Origin: Candidatus Anstonellales archaeon
GTDB lineage: Archaea > Micrarchaeota > Micrarchaeia > Anstonellales > J096
Length of the DNA: 64,000 nt
Reading direction: 5' to 3'
Assembly: GCA_038896535.1 (NCBI GenBank)
Contig: JAWACY010000002.1
Location: forward strand, 176,445-240,444
Positions within the stretch are counted from its first letter, which is position 1. Each line of letters begins with the position of its first letter. The position numbers were made by a program, and so were the translations under genes. The notes below the pieces were generated by a model, which saw only the letters and a list, made by a program, of their open reading frames with translations, did no database searches and was not told where the DNA came from. Shown here piece after piece: positions 39,450-49,488 of the stretch.

Positions 39450-41093
39450 TCATTTAACAATGATTTCCATTAATGCTGCATAAGCAGGCCTTGATATTAG
39501 TGCTCCTAATATATAGCTTATTATTGTTACAACAGCAAAGCCAATTACTTCAACAATATGAGTAAAAAACAAAGGAAGAAAGACTAATATTGCAACAAGC
39601 ACATTGCTGCTTATTATAGAAAAGGCCTTTTTTATTGCTTCCTCTTTGTTTTTATGCTTTATTACCTCATCAGTTATTATTACCTGCGCATCTATGCTTA
39701 CTCCCATTGCTGCTATTAAACCAGCCATAGCGGCCATGTCAATAGAAAAAGAACCAATCGCTGCAACAAGTATTATGAGCTCAATGATAGTAATAACAAT
39801 TACTGGCAGTACAATGCTTAACTTCCTGTATCTTAATGCAACAAAAATTGATACAGCAATTATTGACAATGCAAGTGCATATATTGAATATGATAAAAAT
39901 TTCTCGCCTAAAAGTGCTGGTATTGTTTCTTTGCTGCCTATATATAGCTTAACTGGTAATGCTCCACCTTTTAATACTGATGATATGAACCTCTCTTGCT
40001 GTCTTGCAAAGATAGCCTTTTCATTCAACGTTAAATTTGTCGGGGCATTACCAGTTATTTGATAAGTCAAGGAAATAGTATTTCCAGAAGTAACGCTTGG
40101 GTTCAGTAAAGGAGCGCTCATTAAACCTGCTGCACCCCATCTTACTATTATTAAATTATTTCCAGCAACAGACAGCTCTGGATATAAATCTTTTTCATCA
40201 ACTATTTTAATATTCAAGCTTTTATTATCCGCAATTTTCTCTGCAATACGCTTTGATGTTATTATATTATCCCCAATAATTTTTGTTTCATTATCTTTGT
40301 AAAGCACAATATTAACATTCCCCCTCTCATCTTTTAATACATCTTCAATCAAAAATAAAATATCTGCTGGAGTTACATTTATCCCATTTGCAGAGAGCAT
40401 TTGAGCATTTGAAATGAGCCATGACTCATCTATTAATATTGTTGCATTGTACGGCTTGTCCAAAAACAAAAATAATGGCCTGTTTGCCTTTCCTCTTACT
40501 TTATTGCTAAATCTTTCCGCTGCTTCTCTTGTTATAGTGAATGAAACGCCCCAATCTGCCCCACCAAGAGATTGTGATGGCACATTGCTTATTGTGCCTG
40601 GAATAATGTCTCTTCCTTCTAAAACAATAATGCCATCAACAACAGCAATGAAAACACCCTGCGTTGTTATTGCTTCCTCTATCCTCTGTGCTTGCTCAGG
40701 ATTTGAAGATGGAATTTCTATAAAAAGCCTGTCATTGCCTATTGGTTTCACTATTACTTGCTCCAAACCAAGCGTTGATATCCTAGTTTTTAATTTTTCT
40801 GTTATCTCAGCCATAACCTCATTATCAACTGGAGAAGAGAGAAATACTGGTATTCTTGTTCCGCCATTAAAATCTAGCCCAAACTTTATGCCATTAAATA
40901 AAATAATTGTTGCAGAAATAACCAAAAGGCCAGCAAGCAATGCAATTTTTTCATTTAATGTCTTCGCATAACCAGCTATTGCTCCATAAATGAATATAGA
41001 AAATATCAAAACCAGGCCTGCTGTTTTTGGATATATAAGGCATAAAATAACAATTATAGCAGTCAAAATTGATATGCCTTTTAAAAAGTTCAT
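39450..41093 (-). CDS. secD: Protein translocase subunit SecD
   Basis: FGLDFNGG, VLKGGALPV, AGLIAAMGVSIDAQVIITDE. Confidence 0.92.
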   Translation of the reverse strand: MNFLKGISILTAIIVILCLIYPKTAGLVLIFSIFIYGAIAGYAKTLNEKIALLAGLLVISATIILFNGIKFGLDFNGGTRIPVFLSSPVDNEVMAEITEKLKTRISTLGLEQVIVKPIGNDRLFIEIPSSNPEQAQRIEEAITTQGVFIAVVDGIIVLEGRDIIPGTISNVPSQSLGGADWGVSFTITREAAERFSNKVRGKANRPLFLFLDKPYNATILIDESWLISNAQMLSANGINVTPADILFLIEDVLKDERGNVNIVLYKDNETKIIGDNIITSKRIAEKIADNKSLNIKIVDEKDLYPELSVAGNNLIIVRWGAAGLMSAPLLNPSVTSGNTISLTYQITGNAPTNLTLNEKAIFARQQERFISSVLKGGALPVKLYIGSKETIPALLGEKFLSYSIYALALSIIAVSIFVALRYRKLSIVLPVIVITIIELIILVAAIGSFSIDMAAMAGLIAAMGVSIDAQVIITDEVIKHKNKEEAIKKAFSIISSNVLVAILVFLPLFFTHIVEVIGFAVVTIISYILGALISRPAYAALMEIIVK

Positions 41094-42118
41094 GATTCTC
41101 CCTTCTTACTAAATTTTAAAAGCAACACAGCATTTATGCCCCATGTTGCAAATATATCCCCTATTAAACCAGCAATGACAACAGCGCCTATCTGGTAATA
41201 TGTTGCTATTCTAAGATATTGTCCTATAACAAATAAAATAATGAATGCTATTATGCCAGTTGTTGTCATTGTTAAGCCAGTTTTCATTGCTTCAAATGCC
41301 CTATCTTGCTTTTCTCCATCGCTTCTCTTTATTACCCTAGTTGTCAATAATATATCTGTATCAAGAGAGTAACCAACAAGCATGAGCAAAGCAGCAACGC
41401 TTGCTAGTGTTAATGGAATGCCCATTGTCGCCATAAAACCAAGTGCTATTATGATATCTGCAAATGCCCCTGATAATACTGCAAGAGAAGCAAATGGCTC
41501 TTTAAATATCCAAAAAACTGCTATTATTGCAAGTATTGCGGATATTGCCAATGTTGTTTTTACTTTTTCTAAAAATGCGCTTCCCAATGCCGGGCTTGTT
41601 GTTTGTATTGATACATCTTTAACAAATGGTGATATTGCTGCCCTTATTTTTTTCTCATAATCAGTTCTTTTTTCTTCTAATATTTTATCTGCATAGTCCT
41701 GTATTTCCGCTGGTGATAAATTTGAAATGTTTTTATTAACAAGCAGCTGCAAATTTTCTCTTGCCATTTCCAAAAATCTTTGGTCAGATGTTTTTGCATA
41801 TTCTTCAATATTCTTGTCAATGCCTGCCTTTACCTTTTCTGCTTCAAGAAGCTCGTTAGTAAATGGCACTTCGACTTCTAATTTATATACATTTTCTATT
41901 CTAAAAACAGAGACCTTTGCCTCAATGCCATTCTCAAGAAAAGATTTTTCAACATCTTCGGGGTTTATGTAATCTCTTATTTCAGCACTTAAAAATGACC
42001 CGCCCAAGAATTCCGTTCCAAGCTTTAATTTACTAATATTCAATAATGAGATAACAATCATCAATAATGCAATAGCAGTTAATATTAAGTAAAAATTTGT
42101 CCTATATATATTTACCAT
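41090..42118 (-). CDS. secF: Protein translocase subunit SecF
   Basis: LGTEFLGG, AALLMLVGYSLDTDILLTTR. Confidence 0.93.
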   Translation of the reverse strand: MVNIYRTNFYLILTAIALLMIVISLLNISKLKLGTEFLGGSFLSAEIRDYINPEDVEKSFLENGIEAKVSVFRIENVYKLEVEVPFTNELLEAEKVKAGIDKNIEEYAKTSDQRFLEMARENLQLLVNKNISNLSPAEIQDYADKILEEKRTDYEKKIRAAISPFVKDVSIQTTSPALGSAFLEKVKTTLAISAILAIIAVFWIFKEPFASLAVLSGAFADIIIALGFMATMGIPLTLASVAALLMLVGYSLDTDILLTTRVIKRSDGEKQDRAFEAMKTGLTMTTTGIIAFIILFVIGQYLRIATYYQIGAVVIAGLIGDIFATWGINAVLLLKFSKKGES

Positions 42119-42197
42119 TTAATCATTCTCCTCTCATATAATGTCATTCATATAATGTTATGTAATGCTATCTATTCAAACAAACATTTTAAATAAA

Positions 42198-42268
42198 TGC
42201 GGCCGCCGGGATTTGAACCCGGGTCTCCAGATTGGCAATCTGGTATCCTACCACTAGACTACGACCGC
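42198..42268 (-). tRNA. tRNA-Gly(GCC)
   Basis: GCGGTCG/CGGCCGC acceptor stem, CCAGA-TT-GCC-AA-TCTGG anticodon arm, TTCAAAT T-loop. Confidence 0.95.
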
Positions 42269-42364
42269 TTTTATGCCATTATTCTTTTATACCTATTATT
42301 TATAGCAAAAACTTAAAAAGCATATTTAAATTGAATTGGTAGTTGATTAAAGCATTAATTAAAG

Positions 42365-43171
42365 CTAAAGCTCATTGCCTAACCAAGCATGAAATAAAGA
42401 TGGGAATATCAATCCTTCAAGAGTTATATAATCATAATTTGTCTTTCCTTCTATCATCAATTTTATATCATACCTAGATGGAAAAACGATGTTAATGCCT
42501 TTCCCCTTTCCATGTAAAAGGCATTTTTCAAGTATCTTATAAAGCTCATCCACATGTTCAGGCATTAAATATTCCTTGCCTTTATCCATAATAATAACTG
42601 GATGGAATCTAAGCATATAAATTGGCTTTCTTTGAAAATAATCAATAAATAACATTATCTCATGATCTTTCGCATTAATACTTGTTAATACAACGTTTAT
42701 TATCACATTCCTTCCTTTACTTAGCAATTTTTCAATGTTAGAAAGCACAACATCTAAGCTAATGTTTGCATTTGTTATATGTTTATAAAGCTCATTATTC
42801 AAGCTTGGCAAATTAATCTGTATATATAATTTTTTATATACTCCATTATTTTCAAGCTCATGGTCATTTAAAAGATATGCTGGCATTTTTGTTAAATTTG
42901 TTGCAAGCACAATGTTTTCTTTATTTTTACATAACATTAGCATATCTCTTAGATCTGGATGCAAAATTGGCTCTCCTCCAGATATGCCAACTTTTCTATA
43001 ACCATCTATTCTTTGTTTGAATTTATCTATATCTAATCTTAAATTCTCATTAGGCACGTTACAAAATAGGCAACTTAGATTACACAACCTATTTATCTCA
43101 ACTATTATGCCAGCTTTTTTCCTTGCCCTTTTATTACTTGTTTCGATTGCTTGTGCATTTACTTCTTCCAT
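42365..43171 (-). CDS. Radical SAM protein
   Basis: CNLSCLFC, SGGEPILH, ATN. Confidence 0.85.
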   Translation of the reverse strand: MEEVNAQAIETSNKRARKKAGIIVEINRLCNLSCLFCNVPNENLRLDIDKFKQRIDGYRKVGISGGEPILHPDLRDMLMLCKNKENIVLATNLTKMPAYLLNDHELENNGVYKKLYIQINLPSLNNELYKHITNANISLDVVLSNIEKLLSKGRNVIINVVLTSINAKDHEIMLFIDYFQRKPIYMLRFHPVIIMDKGKEYLMPEHVDELYKILEKCLLHGKGKGINIVFPSRYDIKLMIEGKTNYDYITLEGLIFPSLFHAWLGNEL

Positions 43172-43364
43172 AATATAAAAAAATATCTAAAAGCATTTTT
43201 AAAAGAGTAGTAATTTATTTGCTTTGCTAAAAAGAATTAAAAATAAAAAGAATTAAATATCATAGACATATAATAGACATCATGAAAGGGCTAATAATAA
43301 AATAGTAATATTTTTAAATTGTTTGTTTTATGAATGATATCAGCCCTCCATTCCCCAATCCCTT

Positions 43365-43405
43365 GAGGTGAGGCTTTAAAGAAATGCTCTTCTTAGCCTC
43401 ACCTC
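43365..43405. other. GC-rich 11-bp inverted repeat in a long intergenic region
   Basis: GAGGTGAGGCT-19 nt-AGCCTCACCTC. Confidence 0.7.
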
Positions 43406-43672
43406 CTTATCTTCTTTGCTTTTTGTTTTTATGCTTCCATCTTGGTTTGTTTATGTTTTTATTTTATTTTGGCTTGCTTTGTATTGCTTTTTATGGCTTT
43501 GTATTGCTTTTTATGGCTTTTTATCAGCAGAAGCAAAAGAATTTTTAAATATTTTATTTAATTTCTTAAACATAATTTACATAATTTAAATGAGTCATAT
43601 AATTTAAATGGGTCGTTTAAAATGGGTCGTTTAAAATGCTTTATATAATTGTTTGGACATGATTGTTTGGAG

Positions 43673-44908
43673 ATGGTAAAAATGGTAGAATCAATAAATT
43701 TATATGCCCCATTATTTTCATTATTCTCATTGTTTGGCATTATTGGTAGTTTTGGGCAAAGCGCACTTTTATCAGAGTTAATTTTGCCAATTCCTGGAGG
43801 AAAGATAACGACTGCCTCATTAGTAGCATTATTAATATTTTTAATTCTTGACCTTATTATCTCGATATTTTTAAGTGCTATAACAAAAGTTGCTGAGAAA
43901 ACAAAAACAGATTTTGATGATGCAATAGTTAGGCTAATAAAGAAAAGAAAAGCTCTTTTGCTTGCTGTTTTATCTGTTTTCATAGCAGTACAGCTTTTCT
44001 ATGGAAATATAGAGATTTTCTCAAAAACAATATTTGATTGGTTTTTGGTATTCTTGATTATCTATGCTGGCCTGATCTTCTCAGAAATGGCTGATTTGTT
44101 ATTCTTTTTCTTTATTAAAAATATATCCACAAGCAAAGAGATAAGCCCAGAGGAAATTGCTCCATTAGCAAGGAAGGTATTGAAATTCATAATTATATTT
44201 ATATCAATTATAATAGCTCTTGGCCAGTTTGGAATAGAGATATCTCCATTAATAGCAGGTCTTGGCATAGGCGGCCTTGCTGTTGGTCTTGCATTGCAGG
44301 ATACGTTATCAAATTTCTTTTCTGGCATTCATATATTATCAGATAAGCCATTTAGAAAAGGGGATTATGTAATAATTGGCAATACTGATGGGTTTGTTGA
44401 AGAGATCGGCTGGAGGTCAACAAAAATACAAAAGTTCAATAAAAATTTAATTATAATAATACCAAATAAAACAATAACTGAAAGTGTAATAACAAATCTT
44501 GGTCAAGAAAACATTCCTTATGTGCATACAGTGAATTTCAGCGTTGGTTATGGTGTGAGCATAAACAAATTAAGAAAAATTTATAATGAAATAATAAAAA
44601 AACTTATAGAAGAAAATTTTGTGATTCACGATAAAAATAACAAACCAGAGCTCAGATTAACAAATTTTGGAGCTGATGGGCTTGAATTTACTGCTGTTTT
44701 TCCAGTTCCTCATTATACAAAAAGGTTTAACACACAATCAAGATTCCTTGAATTGTTATATAACAGATTAGCAGAGGAAAATATAGACATTCCATATCCA
44801 CAAAGAGTTATACACATAAAAGATATAAGTGAGATTATGAGATTACAAAATATGAAATTTGAGGGAAATATTGGAAAATTAAGAAAAGGAAGGACTGGGA
44901 AGAGATAA
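43673..44908 (+). CDS. mscS: Small-conductance mechanosensitive channel (MscS family)
   Basis: GLGIGGLAVGLALQDTLSNFFSG, PFRKGD, IGWRST, IPN, IPYPQR. Confidence 0.93.
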   Translation: MVKMVESINLYAPLFSLFSLFGIIGSFGQSALLSELILPIPGGKITTASLVALLIFLILDLIISIFLSAITKVAEKTKTDFDDAIVRLIKKRKALLLAVLSVFIAVQLFYGNIEIFSKTIFDWFLVFLIIYAGLIFSEMADLLFFFFIKNISTSKEISPEEIAPLARKVLKFIIIFISIIIALGQFGIEISPLIAGLGIGGLAVGLALQDTLSNFFSGIHILSDKPFRKGDYVIIGNTDGFVEEIGWRSTKIQKFNKNLIIIIPNKTITESVITNLGQENIPYVHTVNFSVGYGVSINKLRKIYNEIIKKLIEENFVIHDKNNKPELRLTNFGADGLEFTAVFPVPHYTKRFNTQSRFLELLYNRLAEENIDIPYPQRVIHIKDISEIMRLQNMKFEGNIGKLRKGRTGKR

Positions 44909-45013
44909 GTAAAGGAATGTAAGTAAAGAGTAAAGAAATGTAAGTAAAGAAAAAGAAAAGCAAGAAAAGGAAAAAATTTAAAAAGCCATTTTAAAGATAT
45001 TTTGGGTGAGCCA

Positions 45014-47353
45014 ATGAAATATGTAAAATGGTTCAAAGAGCTGTCAAAAAAGGATGTAGCAATTGCTGGTGGTAAAGGGGCTAATTTAGGAGAGATGATA
45101 AATGCCGGTTTTCCTGTGCCAGATGGTTTTGTAATAACTGCTGATGGTTATAGCTATTACATAGAGCAGAATGGCTTAACGAATATCATAATGGATATAT
45201 TAGCAGCAATAGATGTCAATGATAATAATATGCTGCAATCAGCATCTGAGAGAATACAGGATTTAATAATGTCAGGGGCAATACCAAAAGATTTAGAAGA
45301 GGAAATACTAAATGCTTATCATGAATTAAATAAAATGGAGGGCAGTGAGCAGTTTGTTGCTGTTAGAAGTTCAGCAACTGCAGAAGATCTGCCAGAAGCA
45401 AGTTTTGCTGGTCAGCAAAGGACATATTTAAATGTCAAAGGAGATTCTGCATTATTAGAGAGCGTAAAAGGAGCATGGGCATCACTTTTTGAAGCAAGGG
45501 CCATATTCTATAGAGAACAGCAGGGGTTTGAGCATGCAAAAGTTAAGCTTGCTGCAGTTGTGCAGAAGATGGTTAATAGTGAAAAAGCAGGGGTCATGTT
45601 TACAGTTGATCCAGTTTTGCAAGATGAAAACATTTTAAGTATTGAAGCTGCATATGGCCTTGGGGAGGTTGTTGTTTCTGGTAGTGTTACTCCAGATACA
45701 TATAGAGTAAATAAAAAAACCCTTGATATAGTTGAGAAAGATATAGCAAAACAAGAATGGATGTTAATAAGAGCAGAAAAAGAAAATAAAAGAGTTGATG
45801 TACAAGAGCCTATGAGAAAAATGCAAAAATTAAATGACGATGAAATAAAGGAGCTTGCAAAGATTGGTATAAAAATAGAAGAGCATTATAAATTCCCACA
45901 AGACATAGAATGGGCATATGAGAATAATAAATTTTACATAGTGCAATCTAGGCCAATAACAACATTAAAGAAAGGCAAGCAAACAAAAGCAGAAACAAAG
46001 GCAGAAGAGCAAATAAAAATTGAAGAAAAGAAAATACTTTTAAAGGGGCTTGCTGCATCCCCTGGCATTGGGGTCGGAAAAGTAAAAATAATAACTAAAA
46101 AAGAAGAACTTGGAAAAATACAGCAGGGCGATATACTCGTTACAAAGATGACTAATCCAGATTACGTGCCTGCAATGAAAAGGGCAAGCGCCATAGTTAC
46201 AGATGAGGGCGGGCTAACAAGCCATGCAGCAATAGTCAGCAGAGAGCTTGGAATACCAGCAATTGTTGGAACAGGAAATGCAACACAGGTATTGAAAGAG
46301 GGCATGGAAATAACAGTTGATGCAAAAACTGGTGTTGTTTATGAAGGCAGAGTGTTTGAAGCAGTGAAAAAGGAAAAAGAAGAAAAAGCAACTTTTGTTA
46401 GTGCTTACACACCATCAACAGCAACAAAAATTTATGTTAATTTAGCAGAGCCGGAGTTAGCACAAAAGATTGCTGAAATGCCTGTTGATGGAGTTGGCTT
46501 ATTAAGAGCTGAATTCATGATTGCTGGAATGGGCAAGCATCCAATGGTTTTTGTAAAGGAAAATAGACAGAATGAGTTTATAAATAAGCTTGCAGAAGGG
46601 CTGAGAACATTTGCTGCTGCATTCTACCCAAGGCCTGTTGTTTATAGAGCCACTGATTTCAAAACAAATGAATACAGAAATCTGGAGGGCGGCCAGGAAT
46701 TTGAACCGCATGAAGAAAATCCCATGATTGGTTTTAGAGGGGCAAGCAGGTATATAAAACAAGAAGAAGTATTTAGGATGGAGTTGAGAGCAATAAAAAA
46801 AGTCAGAGAAGAAGATGGGTTAAAGAATTTGTGGCTCATGATACCATTTGTCAGAAGAACAGGAGAGCTAAGAGCTATTAAACAGATCATGGAATCAGAA
46901 GGACTTTATAGAACAAAAGATTTTAAGCTCTGGATAATGGTTGAAGTGCCATCAACTGTTTTTAATATAGAGGAATTTATAAAAGAGGGCATTGATGGCG
47001 TAAGCATTGGAAGCAATGACCTAACACAGCTTATACTTGGCATTGATAGAGATAACGCAATCCTTGGTAGAGATTTTGATGAGAGAAATTCTGCTGTTTT
47101 AAAAGCAATAAAGCATGTAATAAAAGCAGCAAGAAAGCATGGCATTACATCAAGCTTGTGCGGACAAGCGCCGAGTGTTTATCCAGAATTTGCTGAAATA
47201 CTCGTTGAAGCTGGCATAACCAGCATTAGTGTAAATCCTGATGCAATAGAAAGGACAAGAAAAATCGTTGCAAGCGCAGAGAAAAAAGTTATGACGGAAA
47301 AATTAAGAATTTTAACAGAAAGAAATGCAGAAAAAGATAATAAGGGGATTTAA
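45014..47353 (+). CDS. ppsA: Phosphoenolpyruvate synthase
   Basis: GGKGANLGE, AVRSSATAED, GGLTSHAAIVSRE, GVGLLRAEF, SIGSNDLTQ. Confidence 0.96.
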   Translation: MKYVKWFKELSKKDVAIAGGKGANLGEMINAGFPVPDGFVITADGYSYYIEQNGLTNIIMDILAAIDVNDNNMLQSASERIQDLIMSGAIPKDLEEEILNAYHELNKMEGSEQFVAVRSSATAEDLPEASFAGQQRTYLNVKGDSALLESVKGAWASLFEARAIFYREQQGFEHAKVKLAAVVQKMVNSEKAGVMFTVDPVLQDENILSIEAAYGLGEVVVSGSVTPDTYRVNKKTLDIVEKDIAKQEWMLIRAEKENKRVDVQEPMRKMQKLNDDEIKELAKIGIKIEEHYKFPQDIEWAYENNKFYIVQSRPITTLKKGKQTKAETKAEEQIKIEEKKILLKGLAASPGIGVGKVKIITKKEELGKIQQGDILVTKMTNPDYVPAMKRASAIVTDEGGLTSHAAIVSRELGIPAIVGTGNATQVLKEGMEITVDAKTGVVYEGRVFEAVKKEKEEKATFVSAYTPSTATKIYVNLAEPELAQKIAEMPVDGVGLLRAEFMIAGMGKHPMVFVKENRQNEFINKLAEGLRTFAAAFYPRPVVYRATDFKTNEYRNLEGGQEFEPHEENPMIGFRGASRYIKQEEVFRMELRAIKKVREEDGLKNLWLMIPFVRRTGELRAIKQIMESEGLYRTKDFKLWIMVEVPSTVFNIEEFIKEGIDGVSIGSNDLTQLILGIDRDNAILGRDFDERNSAVLKAIKHVIKAARKHGITSSLCGQAPSVYPEFAEILVEAGITSISVNPDAIERTRKIVASAEKKVMTEKLRILTERNAEKDNKGI

Positions 47354-47504
47354 CTAACATAACTCTAAATTAACCAACATAATATAAAATAATATAAACT
47401 AACATAACATAAGGCTGATAATATAAGGCCGGGTTTGGCATGGTTTGGTTATTGCCGGTTTAGCTTGGCAAGTTAAGGAAAATGATAACAATGATTTTTC
47501 TGTT

Positions 47505-48218
47505 TTATTCTTCTGCTTTCTTATTCGTGTTTTCTTGTTTTTCTTGCCAGTAGTTTAATGGATTATTTATTTCCTTAAAAGTTAAATTAATGCCTATAAA
47601 GTCAGCTACTTCTTTTGCTAAATTCTCATAAAGTTGCTGTTCTGGTGTTTTCATGCTTTGAGCTTTTTTCATTTCTTCAAGCATATCCAAGCCATGTGCT
47701 TCGCTAGAAGATAATACATTTAATCCACCAATAGAAACATCAGTTGTTGATTTTCTAAAACTGCCTAAAGTTGCTGTGCCGACATAGATTTTATAATCCC
47801 CTCCATTTTTATCAAAGAAATGCAGTTCATAAATATAAGAAAAACCCCTGGTAATATTGCCATGCCTTCCACTCCTGCTTCCTTGTGAATAGCTAAGTAT
47901 TTTATATAGAACAAGCTCTTTTAAATCAGAAAATTTTATTTCTTTTATTACTTCTTTGTTTATTACGCTCTGTCTCATTATTTTTATTGTGCCAGTTGCC
48001 TTATCAATGATTATTATGCCAGATCTGCCATAAATAATTATGAGGATAGCAATAAATGATACAATTATGCCAACTAATTTGCCAGTTAATCCTTGGCCTT
48101 TATCAGATGAAAAAAATAAAAAGATCCCAATAGCTAATAAAAACATGCCTGCAGAGAAAATTAAGAGAGGGCTTCCTTCTTTTAAAGTGATTTTTGCCTG
48201 CTCTTTTGAAATTTCCAT
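47505..48218 (-). CDS. Hypothetical membrane protein (2 TM plus soluble domain)
   Basis: Two N-terminal TM helices. Confidence 0.65.
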   Translation of the reverse strand: MEISKEQAKITLKEGSPLLIFSAGMFLLAIGIFLFFSSDKGQGLTGKLVGIIVSFIAILIIIYGRSGIIIIDKATGTIKIMRQSVINKEVIKEIKFSDLKELVLYKILSYSQGSRSGRHGNITRGFSYIYELHFFDKNGGDYKIYVGTATLGSFRKSTTDVSIGGLNVLSSSEAHGLDMLEEMKKAQSMKTPEQQLYENLAKEVADFIGINLTFKEINNPLNYWQEKQENTNKKAEE

Positions 48219-48420
48219 AAAAACATGTAATGGTAAGATTTAAAAATTTATAAGGACTTTGCTAAATTCAATGAGCTTGAGCTTGCTGTTTTAGAAAAGT
48301 TATTGGCGCTCATTTTTAAGGACAAGTTTTGCATTAATATTTAAAAATACTTCTAATGAAATAAAATACCAGATTTAAATACTTTATTTGCAAAATGTTA
48401 ATTTTAAAATGGTTGATAAA

Positions 48421-48756
48421 ATGGCAGATAAAAATGATATTGAAAGCATTAATGAAAAAATAAAGCAAGCATTGGTCGAGGAGAGGTTATTGCCGAGGGG
48501 CATGAGATTAACAGGCGTTGTTGTTTCAACAAAAAGGAAAAAAACAATAACAATTGAAAGAGCATTAACAAAATTCCTGCAAAAATATAAAAGATGGGCA
48601 AGAATAAAAAGCAAAATAAATGCACATGTGCCAAAAGATATTGACATCAATAATGGGGACCTTGTTGAGATAGCACAAACAAGAAAGATCAGTAAAACAA
48701 AGTCTTGGGTCGTCACAAAAATTATTAAAAGGGCGGAGGAAGGTGAAAAATCATGA
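48421..48756 (+). CDS. rps17: 30S ribosomal protein S17 (uS17)
   Basis: GVVVS, KYKRW, AHVP, TRKISKTKSWVV; start 48409 or 48421. Confidence 0.93.
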   Translation: MADKNDIESINEKIKQALVEERLLPRGMRLTGVVVSTKRKKTITIERALTKFLQKYKRWARIKSKINAHVPKDIDINNGDLVEIAQTRKISKTKSWVVTKIIKRAEEGEKS

Positions 48757-49151
48757 AATCATTACAAGCAAGCATAACAAGGGCATTAACAACTGGTTCA
48801 TATTTAAAATGCAATGATAACAGCAAAGCAAAAGAGCTTAAAATTATAGGGCTTGTTGGTTTTAAAGGCACTAGGGGGAGGTATCCAAAAGCTGGTGTTG
48901 GAGATATGGTAATATGTTCAGTAACAAAGGGAGATATAAGTGTAAAGGGCACAGTAGTAAAAGCAGTTATAATAAGGCAAAGGAAAGAATATAGAAGAGC
49001 AAATGGTATGCGCATTGCTTTTGAAGACAATGCTGCTGTTCTTGTTAATGACGATGGCTTTCCTATAGGCACTGAAATAAAGGGCGTTATAGCAAAAGAA
49101 GTTGTAGAAAGGTTTCCAAAACTCGCTGCAATTGCTCCTGGCGTTATTTAA
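48753..49151 (+). CDS. rpl14: 50S ribosomal protein L14 (uL14)
   Basis: DNSKAK, AGVGD, FEDNAAV. Confidence 0.96.
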   Translation: MKSLQASITRALTTGSYLKCNDNSKAKELKIIGLVGFKGTRGRYPKAGVGDMVICSVTKGDISVKGTVVKAVIIRQRKEYRRANGMRIAFEDNAAVLVNDDGFPIGTEIKGVIAKEVVERFPKLAAIAPGVI

Positions 49152-49158
49152 CGGTGGT

Positions 49159-49476
49159 ATGATGAGAATGGCAAAAAAAAGGAAAGAAAGAAAAAAAATA
49201 TTTAGCATGCCTTTACATAAAAGAAGAAAACTTTTGCATGCACATTTAAGCAAAGAATTAAAACAGAAATATAAGAAAAGGGCATTAGCAATAAAGAAGG
49301 GTTATAAAGTGAAAATAATGAGGGGCGCTTTTAAAGGAAAAGAAGGCAATGTTATAAAGGTTTCATACAAAAAAGCAAGGATTTACATAGAAGGCATTAC
49401 AAAGCATGATGCAAGAGGAAAGGAAAAGCTTATTCCTATACATCCTTCAAATGTTATGATATTATCAATAAGTTAG
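49159..49476 (+). CDS. rpl24: 50S ribosomal protein L24 (uL24)
   Basis: LSKELKQKY, VKIMRG.FKG, PIHPSNVMI. Confidence 0.95.
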   Translation: MMRMAKKRKERKKIFSMPLHKRRKLLHAHLSKELKQKYKKRALAIKKGYKVKIMRGAFKGKEGNVIKVSYKKARIYIEGITKHDARGKEKLIPIHPSNVMILSIS

Positions 49477-49488
49477 TGGGCTGGTATT

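Noticed and set aside
43395..43408. 16S rRNA 3' end (TCACCTCCT)
   Set aside because: No other rRNA sequence around it; it is one arm of a local hairpin
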